Below are positions 18,736-25,781 of a stretch of DNA of 64,000 nt, piece after piece. The stretch is from positions 1,792,001-1,856,000 of the forward strand of contig OZ218778.1 in assembly GCA_965112635.1 (NCBI GenBank), in the 5' to 3' direction. This DNA comes from an uncultured bacterium (GTDB lineage Bacteria > Oederibacteriota > Oederibacteriia > Oederibacteriales > Oederibacteriaceae). Below the pieces are notes generated by a model. The model ran no database searches, was not told where the DNA came from, and saw only the letters and a list, made by a program, of their open reading frames with translations. Position numbers and translations under genes: made by a program. The number at the start of each line of letters is the position of its first letter. Positions within the stretch are counted from its first letter, which is position 1.

Positions 18736-19095
18736 GTGAAGGGCGTGAAAAAAGCTGATGAAATCAAAAGACCTCTGAGTTTTGCGACAGGCGAAAAACG
18801 AGAGGCCTTTAGTGCTTTGATCAGGCTTCTCCAAAATGGCGACTGTACTCCTGAAGAACTCACCAAGTATATACTTTCCCAAAAGCAATCTCAGGAACAA
18901 TCCGAAGAAACAGAAATCCCCGCTTCCCGGACATTCCATTTTGGATCCGATTATAGGACTAAAGAGCGAGCCTTTACTCATTTTGAGCATATGCCCCGGA
19001 TGGCCAAGCCAAAAGTTAATTATTTCAACTGGACGGTATTCTTCTTCTTTCTTTTCATGACCATCTTTATACTTCGCAATTTTATTTTTCGATGA
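18736..19095 (+). CDS. Hypothetical small membrane protein with one C-terminal TM helix
   Basis: GTG after AAGGG; hydrophobic WTVFFFFLFMTIFIL; first gene of the motor operon. Confidence 0.5.
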   Translation: MKGVKKADEIKRPLSFATGEKREAFSALIRLLQNGDCTPEELTKYILSQKQSQEQSEETEIPASRTFHFGSDYRTKERAFTHFEHMPRMAKPKVNYFNWTVFFFFLFMTIFILRNFIFR

Positions 19096-19105
19096 GGATA
19101 AAACA

Positions 19106-20770
19106 GTGAGCTTTATCAAAGATTGTGACAACTGGCTGCGCTTGGGAAAAATGCTTACAGGCTGGTTGTTGTTTGTGAGCATTTTCTTTATGACCAGCAT
19201 CTACGCTTTGGACTTAACCCATGGTGACCTGTTGGTCGGAAAGTTGCAATATGAAAGGGAATTAGAAAGAAGGATACAGTCCATATTGATCTCCACGGTT
19301 GGTCCTCAAAAGGCGAAAGTTTCGGTGACCCTGGAGGTCAACAGCGAAGTCGTCTCCAGCAAGGAGGAAACAATCCATTCCGAGACCACCAGCCAGACCA
19401 TTGTATTGAGCAACGGCATCCAAGAGGAGAACTTTGACAATCCTGAGGCGGGGACGGGTGGTCCAGGCAAGGAAGGCAGCGCCAATCAGGCTAGCAGCAA
19501 TGTCTTGGAAGAAACCCGGACCACCAAAGAAACCTTGTCGATGCCTTCCAATTTGATCAAAAAGCTGTCTATCTCTTTGTTGATCAGCGACAAGGTCCCT
19601 GATGCTCTTATCGAAAAAGCCAAGACCATCATTATGGAAGCAGTCAGTTTTAATGCCGACAGGGGGGACCAGCTATCTTTACAAAAGGTCACCTTTATTT
19701 CCGGTGCCGCAGGGGAGATGGAGCAGATCCAGGACCAAAAACAGACAGCGGATTTCTGGCTTGCTTTAACCCGGTATGCCTTGAGCTTGATCTTGGGGGT
19801 CGCTTTCCTTTTGTTTTTGTTCAGTTTGTTAAATACTTTCCGTACCCTGAAACAGGCTGAGATCAATGTGTCCGCTCAGGCCATAGCCGCCAAGGCAGCC
19901 CCTGCCGAAGGCGAGGTCGCAGGACCGGCCGGGGCCACGGCGATCCCGGCTGCGGGATTTGCTGCCGTAGGTGTCCCCGGCACAATGCTTCCCGGGATGC
20001 CTATGGGAATGCCTGGAACGATCACGGTTGGACCCCAGCGCTTCGCTTTCCTCCAGGAGAAGAATTCCAGGGCTCTTCTGCATTTGATCCAAAAAGAGCC
20101 GATCCAAACTATTGCTTTAGTGCTTTCCTATATTACCCCAGAGCAGGCAGCCGGGATCTTGCAGTCCCTCCCAGGGGAGATCCAAAGCCAGGTCGCCTCT
20201 AGGATCTCTACGATCAGTGAAATGTCACCGACGGAAGTGAACAGAATCGAGCAGGATATCAAAGAGAAGATCGATTATGTGGTGGGGGGCAGGGATTCCC
20301 TGGTCAATATCATCCAGAGCATGGGTCCCGATGGAATGAAGGCTATCATCGGCAATCTTGACAGGAGCAATCCAAAGCTGGCCGGTGAATTGAGGCCTTC
20401 ACTATTTACTTTCGATGATGTCCTCCTGTTGGATAGTTTTGCGATCCAGCAAGTTGTCAGGCAACTGAGCATTCCGGAACTGGCCATCGCTTTAAAAAAT
20501 GCCAGCGAAGAGATAAAGAACAAGGTTTTTGGGGCCTTGGCTGAGGGTGCCGCCCAGTTGCTCAGGCAGGAACTGGAGTTGATGAGGCCGCTGCCCGCTC
20601 GGCGCTATATAGAAGCGCAGCGTAAATTTATTCAGGCGGTAAGGATACTTGAACAACAGGGCGTAATCTTTGTGCAGAGAGAAGAATCGACTCCTTCCTC
20701 AGTCGGCGGCAACGACCTGGGTGGTGGGCCTGGTTTAGGGCCCGATTCTCCTTTGGCGCCGATGACCTAG
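19106..20770 (+). CDS. FliF C-terminal (ring-building) domain / FliG middle+C-terminal domain fusion
   Basis: N-terminal signal/TM; FliF-like YERELERRIQSIL..VG..AKVSV, IKKLSISLLI and AVSFNADRGDQL; one TM; FliG-like EPIQTIALVLSY, GG, LFTFDD, LAIALK and EAQRKFIQAVRILEQQG; alternative start ATG 19151. Confidence 0.82.
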   Translation: MSFIKDCDNWLRLGKMLTGWLLFVSIFFMTSIYALDLTHGDLLVGKLQYERELERRIQSILISTVGPQKAKVSVTLEVNSEVVSSKEETIHSETTSQTIVLSNGIQEENFDNPEAGTGGPGKEGSANQASSNVLEETRTTKETLSMPSNLIKKLSISLLISDKVPDALIEKAKTIIMEAVSFNADRGDQLSLQKVTFISGAAGEMEQIQDQKQTADFWLALTRYALSLILGVAFLLFLFSLLNTFRTLKQAEINVSAQAIAAKAAPAEGEVAGPAGATAIPAAGFAAVGVPGTMLPGMPMGMPGTITVGPQRFAFLQEKNSRALLHLIQKEPIQTIALVLSYITPEQAAGILQSLPGEIQSQVASRISTISEMSPTEVNRIEQDIKEKIDYVVGGRDSLVNIIQSMGPDGMKAIIGNLDRSNPKLAGELRPSLFTFDDVLLLDSFAIQQVVRQLSIPELAIALKNASEEIKNKVFGALAEGAAQLLRQELELMRPLPARRYIEAQRKFIQAVRILEQQGVIFVQREESTPSSVGGNDLGGGPGLGPDSPLAPMT

Positions 20771-20824
20771 GAAGCCGCTGCGGCGTCAGATTGACACTAA
20801 AACCAAGTTTGGAGCATATCAATA

Positions 20825-21589
20825 ATGGATAAGATGTCATTGTTTGGCTATGTCTTTGGTGTCGGTATATTCCTGCTGGGTATGCACCAGGGCGGGACGA
20901 CCAGCCTTTTCTTGAATGAGCACGCGGTGGTCCTCGTGCTGGGGGGTACCTTTGCCGCTGTCATGATCAGTTCCAGTTTTGAACAGACGGTCGTCGCGTT
21001 TAAATCCCTCAAAATATTGTTTTACCCCAAGAAGTATATGCCTGCTCAAGAAATCATCGATGTGATGGTAGGCTTGGCTGAGAAGGCCAGAAGGGATGGA
21101 GTGGGTTCTCTGCCCGAGGAGGCAAAAAAATATAATGAGCCCTTTCTTTCCAACTCGGTTCAGCTAGTGGCGGACGGTTTGCCTTCTGCAACGGTCCAGG
21201 AGATCATTGAAATGGAGATCAATAATACCCGGGACCGCCATAAGGAGAACAGCAATTTCTACCGTGTGGCCGGTATCTACGGCCCCATGTTCGGTCTATT
21301 AGGAACTTTGATCGGCATCGTCCAGGTGCTGAGGAATATTGGGGGGGACCCGACCACAGTGGGTCCGGCCATGGCTGTTGCCATTACGACGGCTTTTTAC
21401 GGGATATTTCTGGCGAACTTTGTGTGTATGCCCATCGCCAATAAACTGAAATTAAGATCAGATGAAGAACTCGCTTTAAAAGAACTTACCATCGTTGGTC
21501 TTATTGCCATCGAATCCGGAGACCTACCCTTGGTTGTGCGGAGAAAGATGGAGACTTTTCTGTCCTATTCCCAGAAAAAAAAGAAATAA
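20825..21589 (+). CDS. motA: Flagellar-type stator protein MotA/PomA
   Basis: VLGGTFAA, ARRDG, GPMFGLLGTLIGIV, GPAMAVAITTAFYG, PIANKLK. Confidence 0.92.
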   Translation: MDKMSLFGYVFGVGIFLLGMHQGGTTSLFLNEHAVVLVLGGTFAAVMISSSFEQTVVAFKSLKILFYPKKYMPAQEIIDVMVGLAEKARRDGVGSLPEEAKKYNEPFLSNSVQLVADGLPSATVQEIIEMEINNTRDRHKENSNFYRVAGIYGPMFGLLGTLIGIVQVLRNIGGDPTTVGPAMAVAITTAFYGIFLANFVCMPIANKLKLRSDEELALKELTIVGLIAIESGDLPLVVRRKMETFLSYSQKKKK

Positions 21590-21659
21590 AAAGCCGTTCA
21601 TTTGTTGACCGGGAAAGCGAAGCAATGCTTCATCCCTCGAAGGGATAAAGGAATCTGCC

Positions 21660-22355
21660 ATGGCCATCAGAAAAAGACCTCCTGAAGATATCGAATCCCT
21701 TATGCATCGCGGGACGCAATGGATCATTGTTTATGGCGACCTGATGTCCTATTTGATGATATTTTTCCTTATCTTGTTCGCATTTGCCTCGGCCAAAAAA
21801 GGGAATTTCGTGGAATCCCTCAAGGGAATTGAAAAAACCTTCGGGCAAAAAGAGAAGAAGATGTCCCAGGAGGCGATGAAAGAGGTTCAGGTCCAATCCG
21901 AGATACAAAGTTTTCTGGTCGCGCAAAACCTGACCCAAGTTGCCCGCGTGGTCATGACCGAACAAGATCTAAAAGTTATATTGACCAGCCCAGTGCTTTT
22001 TCCGTCCGGCTCGGCAGAGTTGCATCGCAAATCTTACGGTATTTTGCATACTATAGCCCAATCTATGAAAGATATGCCGAACTATGTCACGGTTGAGGGC
22101 TTCACGGATAATGTCCCAATTCATTCAGCCAAATACAGTTCCAACTGGGAATTGTCCGCGGCGCGAGCCATGCAAGTTGTCAAATACTTTATTGAAGAGG
22201 AGAAAATCTCTCCCACTCAGATCTCCTTCACGGGGTATGGCGAGTACCAGCCGGAATATACCAATGACACCGAAGAACACCGGGGATTGAATAGAAGGAT
22301 CGAGATTATCATCCACCGCATTTTGGTCCCCGTCACGGCAACAAAAAAATCGTGA
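21660..22355 (+). CDS. motB: Flagellar-type stator protein MotB (OmpA-like peptidoglycan-binding domain)
   Basis: WIIVYGDLMSYLMIFF with the conserved Asp; LFPSGSA, VEGFTDNVPI, SNWELSAARA, GYGEYQP, NRRIEI. Confidence 0.92.
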   Translation: MAIRKRPPEDIESLMHRGTQWIIVYGDLMSYLMIFFLILFAFASAKKGNFVESLKGIEKTFGQKEKKMSQEAMKEVQVQSEIQSFLVAQNLTQVARVVMTEQDLKVILTSPVLFPSGSAELHRKSYGILHTIAQSMKDMPNYVTVEGFTDNVPIHSAKYSSNWELSAARAMQVVKYFIEEEKISPTQISFTGYGEYQPEYTNDTEEHRGLNRRIEIIIHRILVPVTATKKS

Positions 22356-22371
22356 GAATGAGGGCGGGATT

Positions 22372-23862
22372 TTGAGAATAATCATATGGGTCCTAGCCGC
22401 TTTGATCGTGGGGGGTGCCGGTCTTGCGGCGGCCCAGGAAGCCCAGATGCCCAGCGCCGACATCTTTGTCCACGGTAATCTGGGGCAGCAAAAGATCGGG
22501 AATACGATCGTCATCCAATGCGATGTCTTTAACACGGGGCCTGTGGCGCATTTTTTCCCGGTCTCCGTGAAATTAATGAACGCTGCCGATAACATCGTCC
22601 TGCCGTTCCAGTCCATTTATTTAAAACCCGGGCAGTTCGGCACCTTGACTTTCAATTATGCCTTAAAACCCGACAGCACGAGCCTCGGCCTTTATGCGGT
22701 GGAGGGCAGTGTTTGGCAGGTTCAGGGGCCTAAAAAACGCCTGTCCCTCAAAACCGATACCCAAATCTTTGAGGTGGTGTTGGGTGAAGTTATGAAAAGT
22801 GTCGTCCTGGAAAATTTAACGCTCAAGGGGAAGGTCGTGGGAGGCTCCACGGTGTCTTTGAAATGCCTGGTCCGCAACACCGGCAAGGTTTCCTATACCT
22901 TCCCCGTGAGCGTTAATTTGAGCGGGAGCGATGGGCCTTTTATCGCACCGGTCAAGACCGTGACCCTGGGGCCCAAAAAGAACCAGGGCCTTTCTTTTGA
23001 TGTCAAAATACCCGCTGAAGGGATAGAGCCTAACGCGGTTTTGAGGGTCGTCGCCTGGGATAGGAAGGACGAGAAGGGAAAGTTGCTCATGCCTTACGCT
23101 GACGCCGTCATATCCTTGGAGACAGCCAGCCAGACCTCGGTGGAGGCGTCTTTTGACGGCGAGATAGGGGACCAGCCCCGGGGCAAGACGTTTACTATTG
23201 CTTGCAAGATTAAAAATAACGGCGGCACCCGATTTGAGTTCCCCGTCAAGCTGGATATTTTAGATTCTTCTGATGAACTGGTCGCGACCCCTAAACCTAA
23301 AAAAGTCCTTTTAAAACCAGGGGAAACGAAAAGGATCGGCTTCAGCACCGCGATCAAAGAGGTGGGTGCTTACCAAGCTGTGGTGAGTGTTTGGAAAGAA
23401 AGACGCGGACCCGACAGTTTTGTCGATAAGCTTACGGAGGAGGAACAGAATTTTTCGATTGCCAACGAAGCCACAGGAGGGGCTGAGCAGCAGGGGATGG
23501 ACCTCGGAGTCGGCGAGACCCCTTCCGTGGCCCCGCCTGCGGTGAAATTGATGGACATCATGCTGGCAACATCCCAGGACCAAAAAACACCGGTCAAGGC
23601 CCAGGTGTCCGATAAATTGGGGGCGGTTTCCTGCCGCCTCTATTACCGCCTGAGCACCGAAACAAATCCTGATTTTGTGGAGATGAACCTTTTTTCTGGA
23701 GATGCCAAGAGTGGAGTATGGGTGGGCGAGGTGGATCTCTCCAGACTTTCTGGAAAAATAATTTTTTACGCGGAAGCGGCCAATACAGAGTCCGTGCTAG
23801 GTCGATCCAAAGAATACAGTATTGCCAAGATGGCTACTCCGAAAAACAAACCCAATAAATGA
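22372..23862 (+). CDS. Secreted protein with three tandem Ig-like (CARDB/NEW3-like) repeats and a C-terminal Ig domain
   Basis: Signal peptide ending AAA-QEA; three repeats of C.V.N.G....FPV and L.PG....F. Confidence 0.65.
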   Translation: MRIIIWVLAALIVGGAGLAAAQEAQMPSADIFVHGNLGQQKIGNTIVIQCDVFNTGPVAHFFPVSVKLMNAADNIVLPFQSIYLKPGQFGTLTFNYALKPDSTSLGLYAVEGSVWQVQGPKKRLSLKTDTQIFEVVLGEVMKSVVLENLTLKGKVVGGSTVSLKCLVRNTGKVSYTFPVSVNLSGSDGPFIAPVKTVTLGPKKNQGLSFDVKIPAEGIEPNAVLRVVAWDRKDEKGKLLMPYADAVISLETASQTSVEASFDGEIGDQPRGKTFTIACKIKNNGGTRFEFPVKLDILDSSDELVATPKPKKVLLKPGETKRIGFSTAIKEVGAYQAVVSVWKERRGPDSFVDKLTEEEQNFSIANEATGGAEQQGMDLGVGETPSVAPPAVKLMDIMLATSQDQKTPVKAQVSDKLGAVSCRLYYRLSTETNPDFVEMNLFSGDAKSGVWVGEVDLSRLSGKIIFYAEAANTESVLGRSKEYSIAKMATPKNKPNK

Positions 23863-23902
23863 TCCGGAATCAGGATACAGGCATCGGCCTTAGGGGTGAA
23901 TC

Positions 23903-24580
23903 ATGAAGACAAGGTCAAAAAATATTTCAATGGAATTATCAATCAGCCTTTGTTTTCTTGTTTTGTTCTGCTTGTCCGCAGAGCTATGGGGCGCCCAGCC
24001 CAGCGCGACACCATTTTCCCCGCAGTCGGATAATGACTACGAACAAAATTACAACGAAGCGATGTCCTTTTACAATGCGGGATTGTTGGATAAGGCCAAG
24101 GCCAGCTTTCAAAAGGTGATCAAGATAAGACCAACGGCCGGAGCCTATCATTATCTGGGCATGATCAGCCAAAAAAAGAACCAGGTCAAAGACGCCATCT
24201 GGCAATGGAAGCAGGCTTTAAACTTGGAGCCGCGACTGGCTGTGGTCTGTTTTAATATCGGGTTGGCTTATGGTTCGTTGAAGCAAGTGGACGAACAGAT
24301 TAAATGGTATAAAAAGGCAGTGGCTTTAAATCCGAAATATTCAAAAGCATGGAACAATCTCGGTTCAGTGTATCTTGAGAAGAAGAGGACCACCGATGCA
24401 TTAAATGCCTTTAGGACCTCGTTGAAAACCAATCCCCATTATGCTGTGGCCGCGGAGAATCTGGCCCTGGTCTATGAAAAGATGGGTCGTCACATTGAAG
24501 CCAAGAAGGAATGGAAATACGCCGCTTCGATAGAGACGAGGCCTGAGTGGAAAAAGGTTTTGGCAGCCAGAGCCAAGTAA
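23903..24580 (+). CDS. Secreted tetratricopeptide repeat protein
   Basis: Signal peptide; about 5 TPRs (AYHYLG, FNIGLAY, AWNNLGSVY, ENLALVY). Confidence 0.85.
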   Translation: MKTRSKNISMELSISLCFLVLFCLSAELWGAQPSATPFSPQSDNDYEQNYNEAMSFYNAGLLDKAKASFQKVIKIRPTAGAYHYLGMISQKKNQVKDAIWQWKQALNLEPRLAVVCFNIGLAYGSLKQVDEQIKWYKKAVALNPKYSKAWNNLGSVYLEKKRTTDALNAFRTSLKTNPHYAVAAENLALVYEKMGRHIEAKKEWKYAASIETRPEWKKVLAARAK

Positions 24581-24667
24581 TGAGCTAGCTAGATTCCTTT
24601 GGTTTTATCCTTTCAATTTTGTTTTTCCTTTATTTACAACCCTTTTATTAAATCCTTTTCTTAAATT

Positions 24668-24683
24668 TGTGACCAAAATCACA
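24668..24683. promoter_or_regulatory. CRP/FNR-family-like operator
   Basis: TGTGA-CCAAAA-TCACA matches the TGTGA-N6-TCACA consensus and sits in an AT-rich intergenic region upstream of the PorV-like gene. Confidence 0.5.
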
Positions 24684-24832
24684 CCAAAAAAGTGAAGAAA
24701 TCAAGGGAATTATCCTGGTTTATCCGCTAAAATTTCCTATAACAATTTATAAAAAATCGAAAAAGCCGGCCCAATGCGCGAGCTTGGGTGGGAAAACTAT
24801 CCTCCTATAATTTAGGAACAAGGGGTATACCG

Positions 24833-25768
24833 GTGGCTGATATACATAAAGAAAAAGATATTCTTCTTTTACCCCTTCTCATTACTTTTCTTGCCCTGAC
24901 TTGCCTCATCTTCATCCCTGTCCTCGTGTCCGCTGAAGGAAATACTGCCGCTCAATTTTTAAAGATCCCTATCTCAGCCCGTCCAGCCGCCATGACTGCT
25001 TTTGGAGCCGTCTCTGACGACGTGAACGCCTTGCTTTATAACCCGGCCGGCTTATCCCAATTGTCCCAAAACGAGTTCTCCCTCTCCTATGTTAAATATT
25101 TCACCGACACAAACATGGCATTTTTGGGACTGGCTGTCCCGCTCGCGCACATCGGCACTTTTGGTCTTGGCGTCACATACCTGAGCGTCCTGAATATTGA
25201 CGCCAGGGACGCGCAGGAGAACCAGGCCGGAAGTTTTGGGAGCACGGATTGGGCCGTCACTTTGTCCTACGCCAAGGAAAACCTATGGGGCAACCTGAAT
25301 GCAGGGGCAAGCCTTAAGGTGGTGGGGGAGACTATCGATGCCACAAGCGCAAACGGGCTGGCCGGCGATGTGGGGGTCCTTTGGATCGGTAAAGAGCCGA
25401 GGGCTTCGATAGGACTGGAAGTGGAAAATGTCGGGACCGGCCTGCAATTCATCAATGTCAGTGATCCCTTACCCTTGGGAGTTGTTCTATCAGGTGCTTA
25501 CTGGCCAGTGGAACAGATAGTCGTCGGTACGGATGTGGACATGTATGTGCTGGAGAACAAGACCTATGTGTCCCTGGGCGGGGAAGACTGGCTGACCAAA
25601 GAGTTCGCTCTCAGGCTTGGTTACAAGTTCGGGACCGATCTGGGCCCGCTTTCCGGTTTGACCGGTGGGATAGGGCTGGCCATGGCGGGTTACAGCGTGG
25701 ACTATGCCGCTGGAGATGCCGGAGACCTGGGCACACTGCACCGGGTTTCTTTGGGAATAAAATTTTGA
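24833..25768 (+). CDS. PorV/PorQ-family (FadL-like) outer-membrane beta-barrel
   Basis: AQFLKIPISARPAAM..AF.AVSDDVNALLYNPAGL signature, NVGT, DPLP, LRLGY, DYA, LGTLHRVSLGIKF with a C-terminal Phe; start at 24788 or 24833. Confidence 0.85.
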   Translation: MADIHKEKDILLLPLLITFLALTCLIFIPVLVSAEGNTAAQFLKIPISARPAAMTAFGAVSDDVNALLYNPAGLSQLSQNEFSLSYVKYFTDTNMAFLGLAVPLAHIGTFGLGVTYLSVLNIDARDAQENQAGSFGSTDWAVTLSYAKENLWGNLNAGASLKVVGETIDATSANGLAGDVGVLWIGKEPRASIGLEVENVGTGLQFINVSDPLPLGVVLSGAYWPVEQIVVGTDVDMYVLENKTYVSLGGEDWLTKEFALRLGYKFGTDLGPLSGLTGGIGLAMAGYSVDYAAGDAGDLGTLHRVSLGIKF

Positions 25769-25781
25769 AAGGGCAGGCTGA

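Noticed and set aside
18642-19200. Minus-strand ORFs 18655-19200 and 18642-18866
   Set aside because: They overlap the + strand promoter, small gene and fusion start, have no recognisable motifs, and run against the uniform + orientation.
19106-22355. Ordinary flagellar gene cluster
   Set aside because: No other flagellar or chemotaxis genes flank it and FliF/FliG are truncated and fused; a flagellum encoded elsewhere cannot be excluded from this window.
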